Positions 50,395 through 62,769 of a stretch of DNA of 64,000 nt are shown in pieces (positions within the stretch are counted from its first letter, which is position 1; each line of letters starts with the position of its first letter). This DNA comes from Octopus sinensis (taxonomy: Eukaryota), in assembly GCF_006345805.1 (NCBI RefSeq), contig NC_043001.1, forward strand, positions 65,348,001-65,412,000, in the 5' to 3' direction. Position numbers and translations under genes: made by a program. A model generated the notes under the pieces. The model was not told the origin of the DNA. It was given only the letters and a program-made list of their open reading frames with translations, and did not search any database.

Positions 50395-51180
50395 TTATAT
50401 AGATATAACTATAAATAAGGGTACTGAAAAACAGCACCTACATGCTAGAGATAGACGTCAAATGATTCTAAAATCCCACTTAAAATAATTTGAAGCGGTA
50501 TTTAGTATCATTTGACGCCAAACAGTACCTACGCATGTAGGTACTGTTTCTTATTATATATCTATATTATATATCTATATTATATATCTATATTATATAT
50601 CTTATTATATATCTATATTAATTTTTACCTGTATGGTTTTTATTACATGCTGTCCACTGATAAAATCATTAATTGATTTTAGACTTAATTATGTATGCAT
50701 ATATTTATTTATTCACTCCGATCCTGATATTTACTGCGGTATTATCTTGATCAAATACGCATGTGGTTGAGATGAATAATCGGATTTGCATCGTATATAC
50801 GTGTGAATATATGTATCTATTAGTATATATACGCGTGTATTTGTTTGGGTATGTAAATATACTTACATTTATGTACTTTTAGTATATTCTACTGATGACG
50901 GTGAAGCAATTGTATTACTAAACCAGAAATCGGATGATATAAACTAACATCAAAAAATATTTTTACTAAATCTCTTTTATTCATTTCCTCGCTTTTAGCT
51001 TTGTCCTAATGAAGTGGTTTTTAGAATAATTTGACGTCTATATCTAACATGTAAGTGCTGTTTCGCAGTACTATTAATTATAATTGTATCTATATAATTA
51101 TATATCTATGTTAATTTTTACCTATACGCTTTTTATTACATGTGGGGCATTGGTAAGGCCATTAATTGATTTTATTTTGT
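50395..51180. mobile_element. fold-back plus tandem non-autonomous element related to 54760-55775, with a degenerate hammerhead at about 50887-50940
   Basis: 50400-50482 is the reverse complement of 51013-51100. 50610-50690 repeats directly at 51105-51175. ctaCTGATGAcggt..accaGAAAtcgg. Confidence 0.6.
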
Positions 51181-51229
51181 TTATGTATGTATGTATGTAT
51201 GTATGTATGTATGTATGTATGTATGTATG

Positions 51230-51312
<83 letters not shown>

Positions 51313-51449
51313 GCATTTGTATTTTTTCAATGTGTACAAATAACACGGAAAAATAGTTACCAGGGTAGCAAAAATTCACATATGTACCAATGATGTTATA
51401 GCCTACTTAAAAGGTACCAATTCCAGGGTTTAGTGAAATGTTTTTGTAT

Positions 51450-52250
51450 AACAAATAAATAAAGAAATGGAGTTAAACGCAGGTGTTATTCAAATCTTTA
51501 TACTTCCGACATATGTTTCGAAGAAAGCTTTGGTATTATTCCAGAGGGAATAAAATAATGTAAAGCAATGCGATCTTCTCATCAGGAGAAAACAGAGAAA
51601 CAACATCAATAAGACATTTTAACCGAATGTGATGATGCGTATATGAGAATGGAACACTGGCAATTTAAAAAAAAAGCACATTATAGATTTAACGTCAAAT
51701 GCAATTTAGAGAAAGAGAAGGAGGAGAAAGAAAGAAAATAGGAGAAAACTAAGAATGGAGAAATGTAGTGCGATAGATGAATGGAAATAAAGCTTAAATG
51801 CGTGGAAATAGATATATTTAGTGGAGATGAAATGTAAGAAGACAGTTAAAGGTCGAATTTTATAGATTGGTAGAAATTACTTATAGGAACTAAAGGTATG
51901 TTTTTGCCAATGTTTGCAACAATAAATGCGTTCTTTAAAGGTGTTTGCAAGAGAATTCTCTGAGAACAGGATGAGATAGAGTTTGTCTAGATAGAGCGGA
52001 CAAGAAGATTTGCCTTTATCGCATGGAAAGGACCTAGATAGAATATTCCATTCCAAATCAAATTGTTTATTATGTTCCTTCAGAGACCAAATTAATTTAC
52101 TAAGCCCAGTATTGTATGTTTATTGATATGTCTAAATGTTAGTATTATTCCAGAGGGAATAAAATGGCGTAAAACAATGCGATCTCCTCATCAAGAAAAA
52201 AGAGAAACAACATCAATAAACCATTTTAACCGAATATGATGAAGCGATGA
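51450..52250 (-). mobile_element. Penelope-like element 3' fragment (GIY-YIG C-terminus + pLTR), second clade
   Basis: Minus strand LGLSKLIWSLKEH.KQFDLEWNILS..FP.DKGKSSC.L.LDK..LI..NT.KE....CKH. A partial pLTR is repeated directly at 52140-52250. Confidence 0.8.
51504..51590 (-). ncRNA. type-I hammerhead ribozyme
   Basis: ctc CTGATGA gaaga...tcttc GAA ACATATGT C gg. Stem I is only 2 bp in this copy. Confidence 0.68.
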
Positions 52251-52499
52251 CCAAGTAAAACTGTTTGGTTGTTAATTCCATATGATAAGCAGATCAAATC
52301 CAACGTCCCTTACCAGTTTCGTGAAGCTATAGATAAGAATTCCCCACCCCACAAAATTGAAGATACCATTCTATTATCAATTCACACCGAAACAGAATAG
52401 GGATTTTAAACACCAAAAACCTTTCACAAATCATCGTTAAATACAAATCCACTTAATGAAAATAATAACATTGATACTATTAACACCAACCATTCTTTG

Positions 52500-52543
<44 letters not shown>

Positions 52544-52639
52544 CACCAGGTGGTGCTATTAAGTTAGACATGGCCTGGGCCAATAATGGCCGAAACCTAT
52601 CAAAGTATCAAAGTATATATGTATATATATATATTTATG

Positions 52640-52805
52640 TGTGTGTCTTTGTCTCTCTGTTTGTCTCCCCACCATCGCTTGATAGACGATGCTGGTGTGT
52701 TTATATCCCCATAACTTAGGGGTTCGGCAAAAGGAACGGATAGAATGAGTACCAGGCTTACAACGAATAAATCATGGGGCCGATTTCTTCGACTGAAACA
52801 AATAA
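52640..52805 (+). mobile_element. SINE family B, 3' half
   Basis: gatgctggtgtgtttatatcccc..ggttcggcaaaag..gatagaatgagtacc..cgactgaaaca. Confidence 0.7.
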
Positions 52806-53191
52806 AAGAATATGTATATATATATATAAAGAGAGATGGAGAAAGAGAGAAAAATACATGCATTGCACCCTCACACACACAAGCACATGGAACACGCATC
52901 ACTCCACACAACGCACGTACTGGTTCTCTTAATAGACATACGCATCCATGCATTTGCGTACCCCAGTTCAGCCGGATCAGTTATATCCCCTTTACTCCGC
53001 CTCTTCATTTCTTCATTTCATTATGTTAAACATTTTCTCTCTCCGGTTTCCTTTTTCTCTCCGTTTTATACATACACACACACACATACATACATGCATA
53101 CATACACACATACATACATACATACATACATACATACATACATACATACATACATACATACATACATACATACATACACACACATAGATAT

Positions 53192-54321
53192 ATAAGAATA
53201 ATGGAAAATGGAGACAAACGCACAGATGTTATTTAAATCATTTATATCACTATATTACCGACAGTTATTTCGATTGATGCATTAAAATGAACCCGAGAGG
53301 AAGAATAATGCGGAAAAATGCATCAATCTCATCAAGGAGAAGATTATAAACAGTGCTCATCAATAAACCATTTTTACAGATGTTAGGAACTATAATATAT
53401 AATATATATGGAAAACAGAGGTGGATAGGGAACGCTAGTAATTTTAAAATACCGTTAAGAAATTTGACGTTAAAGGACGAGAGAAGAAGGGAAGGAAGAG
53501 AGAAAGAGAATTTGAAGAGTAATGGATGTATAAAGAACATTTTTATATTGGCATTTCATCCACGGAATTAAAAAAAAACGTGTGGCCAACCATCTTTCTA
53601 CATTTAAATATATTCACAAACGTAATGCTACAGGTCTTAGTAAACTAATTTGGCATCTGAAAGACTGTAAAAACAATTTTCTTTGGACTGGAAAATTTTG
53701 TCAAGACCTTTTCCCTATGATAAAGGGAAATCTTTCTACGCTCTTTATACGAACGAACAACTATATATCCTTTTCTCTAAACACACGCTGGTCAACACCT
53801 ATAAAGAACGTGTTTACAAGTGTTCGCATTGGAAAAAATCACACTTTCAGCTATTTCACATAATAGCTTCTCCCTTACCTAATATTATCTGCAACTTAAA
53901 CTTTATTCTTTTCATCCTATACATCCTATTCTTTCCTTCATCTTTTCTAACCATTTGTCATTCACTTTCTATTTGTTTGTACCTCCATTACTCCTTTAAT
54001 TCTCTTTCTCGCTTCCTTCTCCCTTTCTCTCGTCCTATGACATCTAATTTCTTAATAGTATTTCAAAATTACTAGCGTTCCCTATCCACCTTTGTTTTGC
54101 CTATAGCTTATGTATTATAGTTCCTTACATCTGTAAAAATGAATTATTGATGAGCACTGTTGTTTATAATCTCCTCCCTGATGAGATTGATGCATTTTCC
54201 ACATTATTCTTCCTCCCGGATATATTTTAATGCATCAATCGAAAAATATGTCGGTGATATGGTGATATAAATTATTTAAGTAACATCTTGTGCGTTTGTC
54301 TTCCTTTTCCATTATTCTTAT
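53192..54321 (+). mobile_element. 5'-truncated Penelope-like element with inverted 5' pLTR
   Basis: ANHLSTFKY..KRNATGLSKLIWHLK and WKILSR.FPYDKGK..NT.KE...KC.H at 53576-53860. pLTR 53960-54321 is mirrored at 53192-53535. Same family as 51450-52250. Confidence 0.82.
54176..54254 (+). ncRNA. type-I hammerhead ribozyme (mirror copy at 53258-53337 has a C3U change)
   Basis: cc CTGATGA gattgatgcatt...aatgcatcaatc GAA AAATATGT C gg. Perfect 12-bp stem II. Stem III has one mismatch relative to ACATATGT. Confidence 0.7.
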
Positions 54322-54707
54322 GTTCACCAAAACACGTCTCACTTTTCTTTGGAATTATCACCCATGCAAGTGTGATTACTAATTTCTTAGGTGCTTATGT
54401 GACTTTTGATTACCCTGTAACTAACTGTTCCTCTGGATTGAACACACACACCCGCACACACACACAAACACGCACATATACACACACGCGCACACATATA
54501 TATATCCAGACGTATGCGTCTCTGAAACATCGTAACTTTTCTATAGAAAATCTATGGAGACAGACTTAAAAGTGAAAATATCACACTGCTAACACACGGC
54601 AAGACACAATATTAATTTGTAAATCTGTGATATACTTGTTAATATAAAATACTCTGGCCTTCACAGCAATTATATATATATATATATATATATTATACAC
54701 ACACACA

Positions 54708-54754
<47 letters not shown>

Positions 54755-54759
54755 CTATA

Positions 54760-55775
54760 TACAAAATTTAGAGGGCTAACCACTAAAAGTAGACAGCCCT
54801 TATGCTAGATATAGACATCAAAATCGCCATTTTCAAGGAAGAATGTGTTCTCAAGAAAAAACTCAAAAAAAACAAAGTGTAAAAATAAGCAAGACAAATG
54901 AAAATATACGAAATAGAAAAACGATTACCTATGTACTAATTAGTTTCACTTGTTAATATTTACGTATATGGATACGCAAGCATCTGCAAGATCATCAGCA
55001 TAATCTGTGGTTTATAAAACACAATTTCCAGAACTAGATACAAAATGCTCAACCGAACTCCAGCATGTATAAAGTTATACAAATTATATTCATGTGTATC
55101 TTTCAAATGCCTTCACTTTGGCGCGCTGAGATCGGAAATTGCTCTGCAGTTAATAAACTACAGCAGTCAAATTAATGGTTATAGAACATTTTTTATTTAA
55201 AATTAAATAAGGGTAGAAATTGATATTAATCAATTAAAACCAGTGGTCTAGCATATTTAAAAAAAATCCGAAGATTAAAAATTTTTTACATACAATATTT
55301 AGAGGACTGACCACTAAACGTAGACAGCCCTTATGCTAGATATAGGCGTCAAAATCACCATTTTCCACGAAGAATGTTTTCTCAAGAAAAAATCTGTACC
55401 TAGTTTTGGAAATTGTGTTTTGTAAACGACAGACTATGCTGATGATCTTGCAGATGTTTGCGTATCCATATACGTAAATATTAACAAGTGAAATTAATTA
55501 GTACATAGGTAATGGTTTTTTATTTCGTATATTTTCATTTGTCTTGCTTATTTTTACACTTTGTTTTTTTGCTGAGTTTTTTTCTTGAATACACATTCTT
55601 CCTTGAAAATGGCGATTTTGACGCCTATATCTAGCATAAGGGCTGTCTACTTTTAGTGGTCCGTCCTCAAAATTTTGTATGTAAAAATTTTTAATCTTCG
55701 GATTTAAAAAAATATGCTAGACCACTGGTTTTAATTGATTAATATCAATTTCTACCCTTATTTAATTTTAAATAT
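54760..55775. mobile_element. fold-back non-autonomous element, about 531-nt unit, with hammerheads at 54930-55002 (-) and 55435-55507 (+)
   Basis: The left half repeats cactaaa..gtagacagccc at 54781 and 55312. Inversion point is about 55390. tatg CTGATGA tcttg...caagt GAA ACTAATTAGT A cata. Confidence 0.85.
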
Positions 55776-55820
55776 ATATATATATATATAATATATATAT
55801 ATATATTATACACACACACA

Positions 55821-55867
<47 letters not shown>

Positions 55868-55872
55868 CTATA

Positions 55873-56881
55873 TACAAAATTTAGAGGGCTAACCACTAAA
55901 AGTAGACAGCCCTTATGCTAGATATAGACATCAAAATCGCCATTTTCAAGGAAGAATGTGTTCTCAAGAAAAAACTCAAAAAAAACAAAGTGTAAAAATA
56001 AGCAAGACAAATGAAAATATACGAAATAGAAAAACGATTACCTATGTACTAATTAGTTTCACTTGTTAATATTTACGTATATGGATACGCAAGCATCTGC
56101 AAGATCATCAGCATAATCTGTGGTTTATAAAACACAATTTCCAGAACTAGATACAAAATGCTCAACCGAACTCCAGCATGTATAAAGTTATACAAATTAT
56201 ATTCATGTGTATCTTTCAAATGCCTTCACTTTGGCGCGCTGAGATCGGAAATTGCTCTGCAGTTAATAAACTACAGCAGTCAAATTAATGGTTATAGAAC
56301 ATTTTTTATTTAAAATTAAATAAGGGTAGAAATTGATATTAATCAATTAAAACCAGTGGTCTAGCATATTAAAAAAAATCCGAAGATTAAAAATTTTTTA
56401 CATACAATATTTAGAGGACTGACCACTAAACGTAGACAGCCCTTATGCTAGATATAGGCGTCAAAATCACCATTTTCCACGAAGAATGTTTTCTCAAGAA
56501 AAAATCTGTACCTAGTTTTGGAAATTGTGTTTTGTAAACGACAGACTATGCTGATGATCTTGCAGATGTTTGCGTATCCATATACGTAAATATTAACAAG
56601 TGAAATTAATTAGTACATAGGTAATGGTTTTTTATTTCGTATATTTTCATTTGTCTTGCTTATTTTTACACTTTGTTTTTTTGCTGAGTTTTTTTCTTGA
56701 ATACACATTCTTCCTTGAAAATGGCGATTTTGACGCCTATATCTAGCATAAGGGCTGTCTACTTTTAGTGGTCCGTCCTCAAAATTTTGTATGTAAAAAT
56801 TTTTAATCTTCGGATTTAAAAAAAATATGCTAGACCACTGGTTTTAATTGATTAATATCAATTTCTACCCTTATTTAATTT

Positions 56882-56888
<7 letters not shown>
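55873..56888. repeat. near-identical tandem duplicate of 54760-55775 (period about 1113 bp)
   Basis: The only differences I could see are in A/T homopolymer and (AT)n lengths. Confidence 0.9.
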
Positions 56889-56917
<29 letters not shown>

Positions 56918-56955
56918 CATGAATGTATGTGTGCGTGCGCGCGCGCGTATGTGTG

Positions 56956-57105
56956 TAGACGTCACTAAAGTGACAAAGGACACTAATCAGCACCAGTATT
57001 GCTAGAAATAAGAGTCAAATCTTCAGTGACTATCGAGTTGTTTTGACTCTTATTTCTAGCAATACTGGTGCTGATTAGTGCCCTTAGTCACTTTAGTGAC
57101 GTCTA
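56956..57105. repeat. 150-bp hairpin element (64-bp arms, 22-nt loop)
   Basis: Arms 56956-57019 and 57042-57105 with two mismatches. TA at both ends. Confidence 0.9.
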
Positions 57106-57429
57106 TATATACATATATATATATGAAGATTAATAGATATATACATAATACATACATACATACATACGTACATACATACATACATGCATACATACATATA
57201 TACAAATATATAATGTGTATATGGGGAGAGAGAAGGGCTGTGTGCTCATAAATTATCGTTATAATGTTATTATATTGTATCATCTAGATGTGTTGTGTGC
57301 AACCAACGGAGCCCACGTGGACGTGTCTGCTATTCCTTATTTTTCCTGAATTTGTAAATTTGTAAAGATAAATTGGATTTGTGTGTGTATGTGTATTATA
57401 TATACACATGTGTGTGTGTGTGTAATAAT

Positions 57430-58165
57430 ACATTATACATATATAATTAAAATTAAAATGAGCGTGAAAAATTGGATATCAACTTGATAACATTAATTTA
57501 ACACTAGTAGTCTAGCATATTAAAAAAACTGAGGCTCAGTAAATTGTATTACATACATATGAGAGGGATTACCACTATGTGGACACCCTAATGCTAGAAG
57601 TAGATCCGCAATGGTCATACTACTCAGAAATGTTCTCTAGAAAATTTAGCAAACACCAGAAACATAAGCGAGCAAGACAAATGAAAAGTAACAAAAATAT
57701 AGATTAATCATAAACAATGTTTCACTATCAACAGATTAGGCAGTTTTACTTACTCAAACCGGCAAAGGTTACTGCAGTGAATTATTTTATGCAGTATTAT
57801 TTTCCGGTAATTTAGCGCGCCAGAATGAGGACTTTTGAAAAATAACCACAAGTGTAATAGGTAGAACTGCATACATGTTTGACCTCGTGCGGACGTCTGG
57901 TGTGTAGTTCTGCAAATTATATTTGTATGGGTGATCATACTGAGGATCTATGGACAAATTGCATAAGTAAAATTACGTAATCTGTTGATAGTGAAACATT
58001 GTTTATGATTCATCTATATTTTTGTAACTTTTTATTTGTCTTGCTCGCTTACGTTTCTGGTGTTTGCTAAATTTTCTAGAGAACATTTCTTAGTGGTAAG
58101 ACCTTGGCGGATCTACTTCTAGCATTAGGGTGTTCACATAGTGGTAATCCCTCTCATATGTATGT
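57430..58165. mobile_element. fold-back non-autonomous element of the 54760 superfamily
   Basis: Arms about 57555-57760 and 57965-58165. The spacer is homologous to 55050-55150 (atttccg..tagcgcgcca). Confidence 0.8.
57935..58008 (+). ncRNA. type-I hammerhead ribozyme
   Basis: tcata CTGAGGA tctat...atagt GAA ACATTGT T tatga, with a 5-bp stem I. Confidence 0.78.
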
Positions 58166-58181
58166 ATGCATATATATATAT

Positions 58182-58330
58182 AGGTGCAGGAGTGGGTGTG
58201 TGGTAAGTAGCTTGTTCCGGGTTCAGTCCCACTGCGTGGCACCTTGGGCAAGTGACTTCTACTATAGCCTCGGGCCGACTAAAGCCTTGTGAGTGGATTT
58301 GGTAGACGGAAACTGAAAAAAGCCCGTCGT

Positions 58331-58377
<47 letters not shown>

Positions 58378-58595
58378 TGTGTGTGTTTGTGTGTCTGTGT
58401 TTGTCCCCCTAGCATTGCTTGACAACAGATGCTGGTGTGTTTATGTCCCCGTTACTTAGCAGTTCGGCAAAAGAGACCGATAGAATAAGTACTGGGCTTA
58501 CAAAAGAATAAATCCCGGGATCGAGTTGCTCGAATAAAGGCGGTGCTCCAGCATGGCTGCAGTTAAATGACTGAAACAAGTAAAAGAGTAAAAGA
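58182..58595 (+). mobile_element. tRNA-derived SINE family B, full length
   Basis: Head gcaggagtgggtgtgtggtaag..gggttcagtccc, internal (AT)/(GT) repeat, tail gactgaaacaagtaaaagagtaaaaga. Confidence 0.88.
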
Positions 58596-58607
58596 TATAT
58601 ATATATA

Positions 58608-59460
58608 TAGGATGGCTAGAGAGTAACTAGGCATTAGAAATTGCTTATAGAATTTTTAATATCACTGAAGTCATGAGGAAAACATTTTTTTAAACACCAA
58701 CCCTAATGGGGATTTCTTATTTTATTATTGGCTTTTTTCTTATTTTCCAGATGGCCAGTCGCTTGACTGCTCAGGAACAAGCTAAGATAACAGTACGCTA
58801 TGAAGTATGGAATTCCATTATTTTGGTTCAGAGATAGTGGCGTGCATGGAAAGATAAGCATGCAACACTACGTCCGGGCTCTGTGAATGATGTAAGAAAT
58901 GGCCGGCCAACCACATCCCGATCAGTGGAAAACCTGGCAACAGTGCAGGGAATGTTTAATCGCAGCCCGCAAAAATCAACACATCAAACAGCTTGTGAAA
59001 GTGGACTAACAAGACACACAATACGTACGGTGTTGCATTAAGAATTGAATTTTTGTCCTTGGAGACCCCATTACGTGCAGGAGCTAAAACTTGAAGACTG
59101 TAACCGCAGAAGATCAGAAGTCCAGAACTCCAAGAAGTACAGATCTCACACCATGTGATTTATACCTGTGGGGTTAGAAAAAGAGATGTACAAGAAAAAA
59201 CCTCACACACTGGAGGACTTGGAGACACGGATTCAGGAAGTTCTCAAGGATATCCTAGACAACGTCCCTCAGAAAGTTGTTCATTCCATCCCTGGTCATT
59301 TGAGGAAACTAACTGACGCCACCGGTCTTACGTTGAAATAAGATTTACTTTGATTTTCCTATGTAATATAGAACATGTATCATTTGTTTCAATAAATTTG
59401 TAAAAGGAATATGGATTTTATTACCAGTTTTTAAAGCCTACTTACTTTTCACTCACCTTG
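58608..59460 (+). mobile_element. Tc1/mariner (rosa/maT-like) transposon, internally deleted
   Basis: MASRLTAQEQAKI..YEVWNSI..VQR, GRP..RSVEN..VQGMF.RSPQKS, WRPHYVQEL, DLYLWG, PHTLEDLETRI. Degenerate TIRs tataggatggctagagagtaactaggc and (reverse complement) tacaaggtgagtgaaaagtaagtaggc. Confidence 0.82.
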
Positions 59461-59979
59461 TATGTATAGTGTTTGAAGTGATGTAAGATAAGGTTAAACA
59501 TACCTGAAGAGTCTCCATGAACGGACAAAAGCGCTAATAAACAATTATCCAAAATTCTGACTGCCTCCTTTTTCTTTATATATATTGTGCATGTCTTTGT
59601 GTGTACGTGTGTGCCTCTGTGTGTGTATATGAGTGCGTGCGTGAGTGTGTGTGCGTGTGTTCGTATTATAGCGAGTTCCGCTTAACTGTGTTTTGCCTCG
59701 GTTACCGAAATTCTTATGGAGACTAACTACTAATCTTTTAACCGGAATTCCTATATTTTAATAACCCAGCGACTCGAATTTTCGTGGTACATTGATCTCC
59801 AATATAAATTAAAACTGAATTAGAAAATAACAGAATTCGGAAGCAGCTGATTGATAAGTACATCTATCTTATCTTCGTTCTGGTCTTTGGTAGCAAAAGC
59901 AACACCAAAAGGCTTAAATTGCTCGACTTCTTACAAAATTTCACCACTGAGTACGTCGAGGATTGTTTGGGAGGGAGGG

Positions 59980-59988
59980 AGAGAGAGG

Positions 59989-60045
<57 letters not shown>
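59980..60045. repeat. (GA)n microsatellite
   Basis: Direct reading. Confidence 0.95.
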
Positions 60046-60046
<1 letters not shown>

Positions 60047-60710
60047 CCTGGAAATACAATCTTTGTCTTGGCTGAGTGACACGTACATACTGAGGAGTTG
60101 AACGGCTGATTGAACCTCCATGTAGTTGCGGCCAATTATCGCGAGGTCATTGAGGTTATTGTTGTTTAATCACAGAATATAAACTACAGTGAAAGTACTC
60201 GCTCCAAAACGACCAAAACCCAGAAGCAGAAAGAAATAATATAAAAGCTTACAATACAAGAACAGCATAATTATCTGCTTGATCATAAGTTCAAGATATC
60301 TTGATATATACAGTTTAGTCACAATACACACCCTTAGAAACAGTATAGGATGGAATTTTTGTTTTCTTAATATAATAAACATACAATAACTACCAAACAA
60401 AATAAATAAAGGTGTTACACATGAAATCCGATCTGATATATTCATGGTATGTGAGAAAGAGTGTCAAAGATTTGAGAAAACGCCCCAAAAATCAGATAAA
60501 TTTACTGGAATTTGACTTAAATGTCAGTATCACCTGTCGCATTTTTGCTTATTTACTGATTCTCACTAAAAGTAATAAGAAATTATTCTCTTTTCCTTAA
60601 TCTTTTTCTTTATTAAATATATTTTCTTTAAGAAAAAACAATAAAACATATTCCTTTGAATTTCATTCACTCAAGTTTAATGATAAATATAAATAGCTTC
60701 TGGTTAACGT

Positions 60711-60769
<59 letters not shown>

Positions 60770-61302
60770 CATACACATCTATGTATGTATATTTATACCA
60801 GTTTGCTATATCTATCTCATGTGAGAAAATATATAAATTCGCATTTCAGTAGAGTGATATTTATATTAAAGGGTCTTGGTAGATGCAATACGCTCCTATG
60901 ATACATAGTTAACAAATGTATTACATATATTGTTATTAAATTCGTCAATAAAATGAAAGTTTCTATTAGATCATCCATAATAGTTTGGAAAAAAAGCACT
61001 AAGAAAATTATAGTGGCGGAAAGAACTATCGATCTCTTGATTGTAACTTATTTTATTGACAGAAGGTAAAGTCCACTTAAGTGGGGTTTGTACCAAAAGC
61101 ATAAAGAGTCAACTACTTGTTTCACTGTATGTTGCCTGGTACTCTACTGAGCGTACGAAGGCATCACCTACTATAAACTACAACAAACTGCTGTAATATA
61201 AAGAAACGTACCTAAATAGTTATTCACTTAAAGGGAACTAAATAAAAGCTCAAACAGTTAATTCTTTTACTGATGTCAATAACTGCTGATTCAATTTCAC
61301 AA

Positions 61303-61717
61303 AGGCGCAGGAGTGGCTGTGTGGTAAGTAGCTTGCTAACCAGTCACATGGTTCCGGGTTCAGTCCCACTGCGTGGCATCTTGGGCAAGTGTCTTCTGCT
61401 ATAGCCCCGGACCGACCAATGCCTTGTGAGTGGATTTGGTAGACGGAAACTGAAAGAAGCCTGTCGTATATATGTATATATATATATGTATGTGTGTGTG
61501 TTTGTGTGTCTGTGTTTGTTCCCCTCGCATTGCTTGACAACCGATGCTGGTGTGTTTACGTCCCCGTCACTTAGCGGTTCGGCAAAAGAGACCGAAAGAA
61601 TAAGTACTGGGCTTACAAAAAGAATAAGTCCCGGGGTCGAGTTGCTCGACTAAAGGTGGTGCTCCAGCATGGCCGCAGTCAAATGACTGAAACAAGTAAA
61701 AGAGTAAAAAGAGTAAA
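61303..61717 (+). mobile_element. tRNA-derived SINE family B, full length
   Basis: ggcgcaggagtggctgtgtggtaag..ccgggttcagtccc..gactgaaacaagtaaaagagtaaaaagagtaaa. Confidence 0.9.
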
Positions 61718-62464
61718 GGGAAAATATGTTATTTCATGAATGCAAGAAACCATCAAACATCTGTCTGTCTACATTTGTAACCCGAAGAAATGTTTATGAA
61801 ATTAGCTATAGTTAGATTTGGTGTAGATAGTTATATTTTTGTCAACTTTTAATATGTCTGTTAGATCTTTTCTGAATTTATCGATAGTATGGCTATTCAC
61901 ACTATGTGAGACTGCTAAAACGTCATCTTTGTACTATTCCGAGATGTGAGGAGGGATGGTTCGATTCCTGAGAGTATCAGGGATAACCAATGAAACTAGG
62001 TTATCCACCTTAGTCCTCTTATAGCTTCTCATGGAAATGTCGAATACAAGTTTTTATTCTTTTTAACCCTGTAAGAATGGTCATGATACAACAATGACTG
62101 TTCATTACTATTCTAATATCTATTTTAACATCGTGGTCGCTGATCACTGAAATGGCACTGGGATTTTACTAGTACCATCACAACCTAAACATCTGGCGCT
62201 ATATGAAGTAGCAGTCCTCAACATTTCATTATAAATCTGGTATATTCAATAGGAACGTAGCTTATAAGTAACCAATAAGGAACAAATTTTAAGCGGGATG
62301 AGGTTAAGGCACTACTTATCAAAGACATCTGATCCATTAGATACGTACATTCGTGTCAAAGAAATTCTGAGTAATGGTCGGGTGAGTTGTTTATAATTTA
62401 ACTACAAATATGTATTTTACATAAGGTGTTGAGTGTTCTTCCATTGAGACCGTATATATACACA

Positions 62465-62495
<31 letters not shown>

Positions 62496-62769
62496 AGAAT
62501 ATCTTGGACTACTGTTGAGCTTAGAGTCCCACATTATCATCATTCAGTCTGCTTCCAGTAGAGTAGTTTGGTTACTACTACAATTAGTAATAACATACAA
62601 AGCAAATATAAGAGAAATTATGATAACCATAATGTGCTCCCGAAAGTGATCGGCAAGGCGTCGATTTGTTTCCCCATGGTAAAGGGAACCGAAAAGTTTG
62701 CTCAAGACACATTATATAAGGTTGGACGATATGTTACAAAGGTTCTGAGTTATATGATACTGTGACTTG

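Noticed and set aside
59500-59560. CTGAAGA gtc..gac AAA AGCGCT motif
   Set aside because: G12 is missing and stem I is unpaired. It is at most a dead remnant.
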